In this document: positions 26,400 to 39,149 of the stretch, in pieces
Position numbering within the stretch: position 1 is the stretch's first letter
Layout of the letters: each line of letters opens with the position of its first letter
Assembly: GCF_006345805.1 (NCBI RefSeq)
Contig: NC_043006.1
Location: 37,448,001 to 37,512,000, forward strand
Direction: 5' to 3'
DNA from: Octopus sinensis
Lineage: Eukaryota
DNA: 64,000 bases
Translations under genes and position numbers: made by a program
Notes under the pieces: model-generated
What the model saw: only the letters and a program-made list of their open reading frames with translations
Told to the model about the DNA's origin: nothing
Database searches by the model: none

Positions 26400-26640
26400 G
26401 TATATTTGTTAAAGAGGACAGCAAACATCTCAAGTCATATACAATATTATTATAGGAAGAAATTCAAAGTCTTACAACTGTTTCTGGGATATCACCGAGT
26501 ACGAGATATTCCGTCATGAGAGACAAATAGGGAGGGGATATAGAAAATGAGAATGGTATATATTAATAGAGGAAGGGAATAAAAGAATAAGGAAATGGAA
26601 GAGAAAAGGAAAAAAATAATATTAAAGTTCATGTGGGGGG
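26400..26640 (-). mobile_element. PLE-type short repeat with degenerate hammerhead (26469-26524)
   Basis: GTCT-CTCATGA-C-GGAATATC-[11 nt]-GATATCCC-A-GAAA-CAGTTG-TA-AGAC; G5C change in the core. Confidence 0.65.
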
Positions 26641-26761
26641 AGGGGGCTTCGATTCATTCCACTAAAGATTTTTCAAGACGGTGCTCCAGCATGGTCTCAA
26701 TCTAATGACAGAAACAAAAGATAAGATATACATACATGCATGCATGCATACATACATACAT

Positions 26762-26792
<31 letters not shown>

Positions 26793-27240
26793 GGCAGACA
26801 GACAAGCTGACAGGCACTCAGGCATGCATTTAACACTGATTATGAAAAGATGATTTGTATATTCCAAAATCTTCGTCACATGCTTCATATTTTGTGACCT
26901 GGTTTATTGTTCTGTGTATTTCAGGTTCTCTGTATTACAGGGGGAAGGTTTAAAGAGCAGTTGACTTATGCTATTTACATTAAGATTGGTTACGTAACAG
27001 GAGTATAAAGTACAAGTAAATGGAAGTCGAAACACGATCGTCCAATTCTCTAGAGCCACAAGAAGAATATACCTCTAAAATATATAGTACACGATCCTCC
27101 TGTGATGCAAACACGTATAGACATAACATACATACATACATACATACATACATACATACATACATACATACATACATACATACATACATACGTATGTGCG
27201 TGTATCTGTGTGTGACTGTGTATTTCTGTGTACATATACA

Positions 27241-28103
27241 CATGGTGCAACGGGTAAATTGTCGTCATTTTATAATCTTAATTTCGCGAATGTGCTTTGT
27301 TTGTTTTTGATTTTGTCCATTACGCAGTATAATAGGGTCAGTGGGGCACCGCCTGTGAGAAAAACAGCACCATGATGCAATTCCTTCTGCGAGAAGTTTG
27401 GAAACGACAAGCTGTACTGCTTGGCATTCGCGCCGGAAGCTCCTATACGAACATTTCAGAGTGTTTGGGTGTCAATCTGAGGACAGTGCAGAGGATTCGA
27501 ATACATAAAAATCAAACATCCAGTAAACATCATGGTGTTTAGAGTGATCACTAGTGATGGCGACGTTATACCTCCATTCATCTTCCCACACGACCTCAGA
27601 CTCAACACGGAGGCCTACATCAAGTGACTTCAGTGGGTAGTGCTGCCCTGTGTGAAGCGGGTGGCTGCTGGATGACCCTATGTCTGGCAACAGGATTCTG
27701 CACCATGCCACACAAACGGGAGAACCCAGTCATGGCTGTCAAACAGTTTCCGCGATTACATCGCCCCTAACATCTGGTCACCTAACTCCCCAGACTGCAG
27801 CTCCCTTGATTACTATGTGTGGGGCGCAGCTGAGCGAGAGACCAACAAAACCCCTTGTAATACCAAAGATGAATTGAAGGCAAGGATTATAGCAGCATTC
27901 ACCAACTTAAACAAGGAGAACATCCAGAAGAATTTCAGGAGATCCCGACGTCGTCTGTGGGCTGTGGTTGAAGCCAATGGCGATTTTATTGAATAAATTT
28001 ACTCTTTAGTATTTCAAGATTTTTATGTAATTTGGTAGATACATCTGTTAAAATAAGATGTCAGTATTATTTCATTTAGATGACGATTTATTCACCGCAC
28101 CCA
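27241..28103 (+). mobile_element. DD37D (maT-type) Tc1/mariner transposon, internally deleted
   Basis: YVWQQDSAPCH...WSPNSPDCSSLDYYVW with 37 residues between the two Asp; stop at 27994-27996; degenerate TIRs at both ends. Confidence 0.92.
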
Positions 28104-28129
28104 ATATATATATATACTATATGATATAT

Positions 28130-28167
<38 letters not shown>

Positions 28168-28777
28168 ATAATATATTATAGAATATAACATATTTTGTGT
28201 GGCTTATATTGTTTTTTTCATATACTCGTTTCAATCATTATACAATACATACATAATCTAATATTTAAGTATATTTAAGTTTTGGAAATGTTCTAGTAGT
28301 ACGTCATTAAAGCACGTTCACATGCCTATCGCTGCACCCGGTATTCCATTTCCGTCTCTGTCATTTGTTTGATATGTGTGAATGTATGGTGTATGCTTGA
28401 ATATATATATGTGTGTGTACGTGCATAAATGTCTGTGTATATATATATATAATATATATATTATATATATATATATATAATATATATTATATATATATTG
28501 ATTAACATTATATATATGAAAAGTTTGTATGTATATATGTATATATATATATTGCATTATATATATATAGGGGGGGGCGCTACAATTCGACAAGTGAAAA
28601 CTCAACTAGTAACATTTCAGCAAGTGCCATAACATTCACATTCGCACACACATACACACGCACACACACACGCAGATACATACATACATGTATGCATACA
28701 TATACACGCATATATGTACACACACATATATACACACATACGTATATATATATTTATATACATACACACACATACAT

Positions 28778-28811
<34 letters not shown>

Positions 28812-29178
28812 TTCATCATATATATATATATTTCATCATATATATATGCGTGTGTACGCGTAGGTACATGCATAAGAAATTATTAGAGTGGGCTGCATCT
28901 ACAGACGCATATAAACAAAGATTTTGTAACCATGCACTCACATGCTGTATCAGATGACTCCCCAAAGCACAAACTCATATATAACATGTGTAGCAGATAC
29001 GTTTATTTTTTAACACCGCTGTGTTTATTTTACTCTGCACCTTCCCTAACGAAACAAGGTTTCAATTCGACTGTGCTTTGCAGATACGGTGGCTATCGTT
29101 TACGGTTTATTTGTTTCTTTCATCATTAATATTTATCGTTTTAGTATGGTAAGACATTAGTTACGATGACTACACACG

Positions 29179-29209
<31 letters not shown>

Positions 29210-29309
29210 NNNNNNNNNNNNNNNNNNNNNNNNNNNNNNNNNNNNNNNNNNNNNNNNNNNNNNNNNNNNNNNNNNNNNNNNNNNNNNNNNNNNNNNNNNN
29301 NNNNNNNNN
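29210..29309. other. Assembly gap (100 N)
   Basis: Exactly 100 N; adjacency across the gap is not guaranteed. Confidence 1.
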
Positions 29310-29730
29310 CTCATTTGATTGTTCTCTATTTATTAAACATTTTGTCTCAGAGAGTTTTAGGGCCCCTTAGTTAAAAGAAAAATGAGAGTAGGTTTCCTTC
29401 GCAAGTCATATAGACTTATAGGGCCGCTTTCTTGGTTTCCATGCCTGGTTTCCCGTCCAGGTGCGGGACGTGGACGGGACGCCAGTCCGCTGCAGGATTA
29501 CTCATTTTCGCCAGCTGAGTGGACTGGAGCAACGTAAAATGAAAAGTTTTGCTCAAGAACACAACGATTTGCCCGGTCCAGGCATCGAAACAACAATCTT
29601 ACGATCATGAGCCCAACACCCTAACTACTAAGCCATGCGCCTCCACGGGGTCCCTTAAAGAATAAACATAACAAGAGATCTTACATTGATTTGCAACCGG
29701 TATGCACAGACACACAAATATTGACATAAA

Positions 29731-29900
29731 TACAGTTCTATATTTAAGAGATGAGGAATTATGTACATTATTTACATAATTTACATTTGACAGATATTTG
29801 TCCTCATCTTGTTTGTTAACACAACGTTTCAGCCTTCATCAGGTGGCTTGGGGAAATATCAAACCTGGGTTCTCACTCCTAAGGTTATTTTTCGATGTTG
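29731..29900 (-). mobile_element. PLE-type short repeat with collapsed hammerhead (29818-29846)
   Basis: CAC-CTGATGA-A-GGCT-GAAA-CG-TT-GTG; stem I and core present, stem II half missing. Confidence 0.6.
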
Positions 29901-29944
29901 TTGTTGTTATTATTATTATGATTATTATTATTATTATTATTATG

Positions 29945-29975
<31 letters not shown>

Positions 29976-30493
29976 TCACTGCCATGAATCGAACTTGGGA
30001 TCTAGGGGTTAGTAGCGCGCGCTCTTAACCACTACGCCATATGCCCACAGGTCAATAAATGTAAATAATGTAAACAATGTAAATGTGTGTTAGCTTTCCT
30101 ATAATGATTATTCTCTATGATGTCCTAACACATACATATGTGCGTGTGCCTCTGTTTACACACATGTTTATATACTTACGCACATAAATTGATTCTAGGT
30201 ACTCTATGCATGAATAAGCGAAAAAAAAAGAGAGACAGGCTCGTTTATACACCAGCACAATGTAAATACAGTATACACAGATGCGTGTATTTGTGTGTAT
30301 TTGTGTGTATACTCGACGGCCCTCTTTCAGTTTCTCTCTACCAAACCCACTCACAAGGTTTTGGTCGGACCGAGGCTATAGTTGAAAACACTTGCCCAAA
30401 GTACCACGCAGTGGAACTGAACCCGGAACCATGTAGTTGGGAAGAAGGCTTCTTACCATACGCCTGCGCCTATCTATCTATCTATCTATCTAC

Positions 30494-30537
<44 letters not shown>

Positions 30538-30555
30538 CTCTCCTCTCTCTCTCTC

Positions 30556-30591
<36 letters not shown>

Positions 30592-30599
30592 ATCATACA

Positions 30600-30603
30600 T
30601 ACC

Positions 30604-30634
<31 letters not shown>

Positions 30635-31237
30635 CCACATACATACATATACATAAATATTATAATGCATATATATATATGTATGTATATATGTATGTAT
30701 GTTTTTGTAATTGTATTTTTTTTTGTAATTGTTTTTATTGTATTGTTTTTACGTCCTGTTTTGTCACTTTTTTCCTTGTTTTTACCCCTCTGCAAAGGAA
30801 TTTTATTTAATTCTTTCGCAGGAGGATTAGTTCGACGAGTCGTGTTCTGTCCTCACCTTCGAAACACGCTGGAGTTGAACTAGGGACAGCTGATGAAGGG
30901 GATTTTTCCTTGTGTGTTTGTCTTGTACTCCGGTTTTTCGTTGTTAAAAAAAGGTCCGTTCCATGCTTGTTTTTACGTTTTCGTTTCTCGTTGAGTTCTA
31001 CGTCTATTTATGGTGTCCTGTACTCACGTATATATATTTATATATGCATGCATATATACATGTAGATGTAGGTACGTACATATATGTATGTATGTATATA
31101 TTTTACTTATTACACTATTGTATGACTGAGCGCCCTCGCGTCGATTCGATTCGATTCGTTTCGTTTCGTTTCTTCTTCTCTAAGCTAGTTTTATATATAT
31201 ATATATATATACATACATACATACATACATACATACA

Positions 31238-31271
<34 letters not shown>

Positions 31272-31820
31272 AATATATATATATGCATATATATATATGT
31301 ATGTATATATGTATGTATGTTTTTGTAATTGTATTTTTATTTTGTAATTGTTTTTAATTGTATTGTTTTTACGTCCTGTTTTGTCACTTTTTTCCTTGTT
31401 TTTACCCCTCTGCAAAGGAATTTTATTTAATTCTTTCGCAGGAAGGATTAGTTCGACGAGTCGTGTTCTGTCCTCACCTTCGAAACACGCTGGAGTTGAA
31501 CTAGGGACAGCTGATGAAGGGGATTTTTCCTTGTGTGTTTGTCTTGTACTCCGGTTTTTCGTTGTTAAAAAAAGGTCCGTTCCATGCTTGTTTTTACGTT
31601 TTCGTTTCTCGTTGAGTTCTACGTCTATTTATGGTGTCCTGTACTCACGTTATATATATTTAATATGCATTATGCATATACATGTAGATGTAGGTACGTA
31701 CATATATGTATGTATGTATATATTTTACTTATTACACTATTGTATGACTGAGCGCCCTCGCGTCGATTCGATTCGATTCGTTTCGTTTCGTTTTTCTTCT
31801 CTAAGCTAGTTTTATATATA
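30600..31820 (+). repeat. Tandem duplication of an approximately 620-bp unit with a permuted hammerhead-like motif
   Basis: 30666-31200 and 31284-31820 are near-identical, each preceded by (TACA)n; motif at 30841-30901 and 31462-31522. Confidence 0.9.
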
Positions 31821-31924
31821 TTATATATATTATATTATATCGATACATAAAATATATATGTGGGGTGTTATAATATATTATGTATATGTATGTATGTATA
31901 TATGTGTGTGTACATAGATATATG

Positions 31925-31984
<60 letters not shown>

Positions 31985-31998
31985 TAGATAGCTAGATT

Positions 31999-32042
<44 letters not shown>

Positions 32043-32838
32043 CATACATACATACATACAACATACATACATACATACATACATACATAGTCATACACAC
32101 ACACACACACTTATTGGAACAATCGAACTGTAAGCATACAAAAAGCAGTGAGACGAGACATGCAAAGATTAAATAGGCAACGGATAGTGTTTCAGAAATA
32201 CGGTAGTAACAGGGAGACGAGTTAGACTAGCAAGTTATGCGCTCAACATGTATGCTATTGAAATATGTTACGATATCTGCTAAAATATAATTATCTAACA
32301 AACAAATGTAGTCTGGTCCGTTACAGAACAAATATTTGCTGTCACGTTTATTAGCCTGTTTTATTCAGCCTCGCTCGTCTCCAATGTTAGGGCAAACATT
32401 TGCACTCCTTGTCGTTCTCAAAATCACCTCCACTATATGTATTCTTTTATTCGTTTTTTTTCTTCTCGTTTTTCCTTGTGTCAGTCATTTGACTACGGCC
32501 ATGCTGGAGTACCGCCTTAAAGGGTTTTAGTCGAAGAAATTGCCCCCCCCCACCACCACCACCCCGGACTTATTGTTTGTAAGGCAAATGCTTATTCTAT
32601 TGAGCTGTTTTGCCGAACCGCTACGTTACGGGGACGTAAACTCACCAGCATCGGTTGTCAAGTGATGCTGGTGGGACAAAAACACAGAAAAACACACATA
32701 CACAAATATATACACGCTCACGCACACACACACATACATACACACATACATACATACATACATACATACATACATACATACATACATACATACATACATG
32801 TATGTATGTATGTATGTATGTATGTATGTATGTATGTA

Positions 32839-32879
<41 letters not shown>

Positions 32880-32898
32880 TTATATATATATACAGACA

Positions 32899-33080
32899 CA
32901 TGAGGGGTGCTGAAAACTCCTGGCTTTAGTGGTATCGCGAAAGGCCTGGTGAAGGACTGGTGTAATAATGCAATAAGTGTGTGAATCTGAGCGGGGACTA
33001 AATTGAATAAATTCATAATTAACTGACACTCCTGTATTTTCTTTTGCCCAAATCCAGGAACCTTTCAGTGTCCTCTCGTA
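32899..33080. mobile_element. Mariner-type MITE
   Basis: Ends CATGAGGGGTGCTGAAAACTCCTGG and CCAGGAACCTTTCAGTGTCCTCTCGTA are inverted and resemble TACGAGGG...GAAAAG mariner TIRs. Confidence 0.75.
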
Positions 33081-33097
33081 TATATATATATATATAT

Positions 33098-33353
33098 ACC
33101 GTTGCTATTATGTTAAATTTTCGTATGTCAAAATTTGACCCAATGCGTTTTTTTTTTCTATATTTATTTTTGCTTGCAATAGCCGGTTCTTATGGTCAAA
33201 CTATCTTATCTCCAGTTGCTTCAGATGTCAAGATATCAAAAATTGTCAAATAGTAGTACAATGGTTTTGCTATGGAATAGTGATACTATTTTTGCGTTTT
33301 CTGAAAAAAAGCAACGTTTTGGACTTACGACACTTTTGCATAATAGCAGCGAT
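33098..33353. mobile_element. TA-flanked MITE with about 36-bp imperfect TIRs
   Basis: 33098-33133 ACCGTTGCTATTATGTTAAATTTTCGTATGTCAAAA is similar to the reverse complement of 33317-33353. Confidence 0.6.
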
Positions 33354-33896
33354 ATGTGTGTGTATACACGTGTGAGTGAATAAACACACAAATCACACCC
33401 ATGCATACTTGTACATGTATATGTGTGTTTGTACATGTGAATAAACACAATCACACACACACACACAAATATATACATATAGAGAAATAGTCCAACAAAT
33501 ATTAGCGGGCTAAAACTTCGAAATCACTGTCACCACTCTTATAAAAATTCAGTAAATATGCACTCTACAAAAACTGCATTGAGTATTTCTACAGTTTAAC
33601 GTTAAATTGTTTTTACTAGAAATTGACATAAAAAACATTTATACGAACGCCGATGCTCCAGCATGGCCGCAACTCTCCAGTTGAAAGTAGTAAAGAAAGC
33701 ATGCACCCCCACACCACTCCACACACACACTAGTACTGACCACTTCCCAGCATCCACAACACCCACACGCACACACCATCATCCACACACCCACACATAA
33801 CCAACGTACACGCACCCGCACACACCCACACATGTCAAAGTCACTAGTCTCTATCCACACACACAGATTTTCACATACAAACACACACACAAGCAC

Positions 33897-34065
33897 CTTC
33901 GGTTTGGGATTACCAATACTTTATTATCTCCCCTTCTTACTACCTTAAATGTCAAACTTGTTTTCCAATCAGTCGCCATGCTTGATCGCTAAATCCACAA
34001 GTTTTATCATTCTTTCCCAATTTATTTTCTCTTATTCTTTTCTGTTGAAGAGCGTAGGCTCGAAA
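33897..34065 (+). mobile_element. PLE-type short repeat, family 1 (hammerhead truncated after GAAA)
   Basis: TTTT-CTGTTGA-A-GAGC-GTAG-GCTC-GAAA at 34038-34065. Confidence 0.7.
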
Positions 34066-34420
34066 TTTCAGCAAATGACAGAATGAATACATTTGAAAGA
34101 CACTCCCAAATATAATTTGCAAAACTTTTATACATGTTCCCTTTCGAGTGAACGTTCGGTCTTTAGTTTTGAAAATTGTGTTTTGTAAGGGACGGACTAC
34201 GCTTACGGAGTCTGCAGATATTTACATTCGTAAATATTAGCAGACGAAACCATGATACGTAGATAATCGCTTTATTTTGTATATTTTCATTTGTCTTGCT
34301 CATTTTTACATTCGGGCGTTTGCTGAAAGTTTTTTGAGAACACACTCTTCGTGGTAAGGCGAAATGACGTCTATTTTTAGTATATTAGGAATCCACTTAG
34401 TGGTCATTCCTCTTATATTT

Positions 34421-34466
<46 letters not shown>

Positions 34467-34647
34467 ATTATATATGTATAATTGAAAACTGGAGTCAACA
34501 AAAAGGGATACGGTTGGACATTTGTTTCTTAATCACTGCAATTGTTTCCACGCACAGGAGAAATCTGAAAGTGGACGACCTTTATACTGCTCTGTACTAC
34601 ATTCTGAACATATTTTATTATAACTATATACATACATGTGTGTGTGT

Positions 34648-34689
<42 letters not shown>

Positions 34690-34946
34690 TGTATGTGTGT
34701 GTGTGTAGTATTTGTCTATTCAGTTTATCCTCATTGTGTAGAATGATTCATCGACGAGACAAAATAAAATAATATAAAAGATTTCGTAAAACCTGGGAAG
34801 TTATAAGACGAGTTGTAAGAATTTGAAGTGCACTGATCAACTAAAGGCTACATAAAATGTAATGAGCCAGAAAAGGCTATATAGCGTAATGAAATGCATA
34901 GCGTCGTCTATCTGTGTATTATGAAATAAAATAAAGAAGGGAAGGC

Positions 34947-35015
<69 letters not shown>

Positions 35016-35994
35016 GATAGATAGATAGATAGATAGATGAATAAATACACATGTAAATAAATCAATAAACAAAATAGCGTGCAATGAATACACGAAGAAC
35101 GATTCAGCGAAAGTATGAAGAAACACCCATAAATATTTTGAAAGAAAATATAAATGAATAAAGCTTTAAAACGATTCGTATTTCGAAATAAATAAATAGA
35201 TAAATATAAAAATAAATAAATGAATAAATAAATAAATATGTAACGTGGAGTGAAAACATGAAGAGCGACTGAACGAATGTACGAAGAAACAAACAAGGTG
35301 AATTTGAAAGAAAATAGAAATGGTAAGGCTTTAAAATGTCCTTGTATTTTGGAATAAAGAAATAAATTGAAGAGTAAATAAATAAAACAGTGGTTAATCC
35401 ATCGTTTGTTATATTGAAATAATTCTTAGATGTCAAATTTGGATATTAGTATTCGTTCTTGTTATTTTTCGATGGTCGTTTTTTTCATTGCCGCTCAAAA
35501 GAAAAATTATAAACTAAAATTGAATAAAATATAACCAAATGAATTAGAATTTTTTTAAAAAGCATTAAAAGTCGAAGATATCAAGAGAACTAAAATGGAC
35601 GCCGTCGGAAATAGAGTCCATCGCATAAGTACGAAAATAAAACAAAAAAATAACCTATTGTCAGGTAGAAAGTTTTCTGAGACGTTTGCCAACACATGAG
35701 TGCGATTTTATACATACATACATACATACATACATACATACATACATACATACATACATACATACATAATGGTACTCCGTCGGTTACGACGACGTGAATT
35801 CCAGTTGATCTGATCAACGGAATAGCTTACTCGTGAAATTAACGTGCAAGTGGCTGAACACTCCACAGACATGCGTACCCTTAACGTAGTTCTCTGGGAG
35901 ATTCAGCGTGATACAGTATGTAATAAGGCTAGCTCTTTCATACAGCAAGATACCCAGGGGCGGACACAAGTGGGGTGGCCTGAGGAGCACGTAC

Positions 35995-36050
35995 ACCTTC
36001 AAGAAACTTGGCTACGAAGTTTTTCCCCAACCAGCTTATTCTCCAGACCA
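35995..36050 (+). mobile_element. Small mariner transposase fragment
   Basis: Translates to KLGYEVFPQPAYSPD (cf. LGWEVLPHPPYSPDL). Confidence 0.55.
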
Positions 36051-36587
36051 TTTCTTTCTAAGTATTTAATATGTCATACCTATTTCTTAATCTTTAAGAT
36101 ATCAGTCAAGTACTGAAGTGGATATCATCAACTTGCCCCAATCCTTAAAAAATTGCTGTCCTTGTACGGAAATTAGAGGGTCACTAATAATATTGATTTC
36201 AAATTCTGGCACATGGCCAGCATTTTCGGGGAAGGGGGTATTTCGATTTCATTGATCTCAGTACACAAGTTGTATATATTTCATCGACTCAGACAGTATG
36301 AAAGGAACGTCGACCGTGGCGGAATTCGGCGAAACACGAGCGTGTTAACGATCCTGCCGGCTCGCCACCTTAAGGCCAAAAACAATACTGAATCCACATT
36401 TTGGCACATAGTCAACAATTTTGGGGGAAAATAATAATACTACAAAGAGAAAGTTGGCCGATTATAGCGACCCTAGTGATTGACTGATAAAATAAATACT
36501 TGTCAAGTACTTGAGTTGATGTAAACGAATAACTCAACCCTACTAAAATTACTATAACATACCAAAACTTTGAAAGAATTATTATTA

Positions 36588-36659
<72 letters not shown>

Positions 36660-36660
<1 letters not shown>

Positions 36661-37100
36661 TAGTGAGAGAGCAGTGCATGCCATCAAAGTGACACTGGGG
36701 TAAAATATACAAAGCCCAGTATACACATCATGACTACCCGTCTGATAAGGGTAAACTAGGCACATGCATCACAATCATATGTGTGCGACATGATGATTTT
36801 ATATCAAAATAAACAGCACATGACCCTTCAGGTAGGGCCCAGTTAGAATTTTGTTCTGGTCGAGTAGCCCATCCCGCTCAAAAGGTCCCTGAATAAGGGT
36901 TACTTAAGGATGTTGAACGAAACACCCATGTTTCCAGAGGTGAATTATTCGAACCCCAAAGAATCCCTCTCAACACATGGCTATGATTTTCCCCCACTAC
37001 TTCTGCTCGTGATCAGAGATACACATATCGTCAGCCACTAAAGGACATGCTCAACTGGTTAAGGTCAAACAACTGACAAGCAAATCTGTGGTATTGAGCA
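36660..37100 (+). mobile_element. Unclassified interspersed repeat abutting (ATT)n; longer inverted copy at 40215-40778
   Basis: 36660-37100 is approximately the reverse complement of 40335-40778. Confidence 0.85.
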
Positions 37101-37313
37101 ACAGACGTACAGTTTTGTGGGAACGTAACACGTCCATTTCATCAGATGCCTCCTGGCATCTTCATGAGACAATGAAAACCTTGTGTTATATGGAGCTGGG
37201 TCAAACTGTTACTGACTATATATATATACATATATGTTATAATTTAAAACAAACCATAAAAGGTTGTCATTATAGTATTCATGAGAGTTTCAAGTGTCAG
37301 AGCGAAGAGCTAC

Positions 37314-37427
<114 letters not shown>

Positions 37428-37557
37428 CATTATTATATAGTTGAAATTTACAGAAAAACAAAAGACTAAGACAGGTATATGAACAACAAGCAAGTGTATT
37501 AGTTTGACTCTCGGGAAAATGAGAAAGTCTTTTACGTTTCGAACCTACGCTCTGCAG

Positions 37558-37636
<79 letters not shown>

Positions 37637-37743
37637 GAGAGAGAGAGAGAGAGATTAATGTTTGTTTTTATGTTTAGTTAAAATAAAAACAATTCTACAT
37701 TAAACTGAAGGGTTACTCTATACTCTTGTAGAGTACAAATGTA

Positions 37744-37905
37744 TTATTATTAAACAAAAACATTGTTGACAGTGACTTCGAAGTTTCGGCTAGCTAAATC
37801 AGGGACTATATAAAGCAAAGATCAACTTCAATGCTTCACAGTCCGACGATATCTTAGCTGGCCGAAACTTCGAAGTCATTGCCAAAAATATTTTTGCTTA
37901 ATAAT
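37744..37905. mobile_element. Miniature inverted-repeat element built from hammerhead-containing arms
   Basis: About 55-bp arms; + strand 37839-37881 CAGT-CCGACGA-...-GAAA-CTTCGAAG-TC-ATTG. Confidence 0.65.
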
Positions 37906-38659
37906 GTGTGTGTGTGTGTGTGTACTACTGTTTAGTTTTTGTCGAATTACAATACAAACAATTTTACATTGAATTTAAGAATTGCTCTGTACATTTTACT
38001 GAGTACGTATTGATTATGCTCTTACTAGGGGTGTTAGTGCCTTCGCGGTTTCGCCCTGCCACCCTTCGTCGGATTCTGTGTATGTATACGCTTGTGTCTA
38101 AGTACATAGATACAGATATTTACTCATATACACATATACATGTGTACATACAAGCATATGCAACTTATATGCGAGTCTGTGGGCATGTGTTGATAGAAGG
38201 CGGTACACTCGTGAGTATGTAATTACCGTTATATATATATATATATAATATATATATATATAATTAGCGCTAATTAGCCGTGCAGTTTTATTTGTATACG
38301 GGCTTTTCCTCGTGTTTGCTTGAAACATAATAGGTAAGTATTTATGTTCTAGTAATATTCTCGTTTCTGTTCAACTATCCAATCGATTTTGCAACTTCTT
38401 ATATAGAATCTGGTAGTCTCGCTTCTCAGAAGCCCTCTTTAACCATAAATGTTCCGTTGACATAATCATAACTTCGAGTGGAACTCACGCTTCCTAATTA
38501 TTTATATTTCTATTTTGATGAATAGATTTATAGATTTTCCTGACACCGTCTGAATATATTGAAAATTATGTCTTCTATTTCGTTCCATAACTTATTGTTA
38601 AAGTGTAACACTCGGACATATTTTGTAAGCAGAATGTTATTATTGAAAAAGGAACAAGG

Positions 38660-39060
38660 CAATGAGCTAGCAGAATCGTTAGCACGCCAGGCGAAATGCT
38701 TAGCCGTATTTCGTCTGCCGCTACGTTCTGAGTTCAAATTCCGCCGAGGCCAACTTTGCCTTTCATCCTTTCGGGGTCGATTAAATAAGTACCAGTTACG
38801 CACTGGGGTCGATATAATCGACTTAATCCGTGTGTCTGTCCTTGTTTGTCTTCTCTGTGTTTAGCCTCTTGTGGGTAGTAAAGAAATATGTATTTCGTCT
38901 GCCGCTACGTTCTGAGTTCAAATTCGGCCGAAGTTGACTTTGCCTTTCATCCTTTCGGGGTCGATTAAATAAGTACCAGTTGCGTAGTGGGGTCGATGTG
39001 ATCGACTTACTCCCTCCCCCAAAATTCCAGGCCTTGTGCTTCTTGTAGAAAGGATTATTA
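38660..39060 (+). mobile_element. SINE family A dimer
   Basis: Full head, then a second unit joined at AAAGAAATATGTATTTCGTC. Confidence 0.9.
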
Positions 39061-39149
39061 CAAACAGGAACGTAGGTGACATAATCGATATCAATTGAGT
39101 ATGTATAAGTTGGGGTTAGCACGAGATAAGGTAGCTCCCAAATGCAAAA

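Noticed and set aside
33125-33253. Signal-peptide-like small ORF MRFFFLYLFLLAIAGSYG-QTILSPVASDVKISKIVK
   Set aside because: Lies inside a TA-flanked MITE (33098-33353), and the hydrophobic stretch comes from a T-rich run. It would need transcript or peptide evidence.
38040-38073. CCGACGA...GAAA hammerhead-like string on the minus strand
   Set aside because: Stems I and II do not pair; too degenerate to count.
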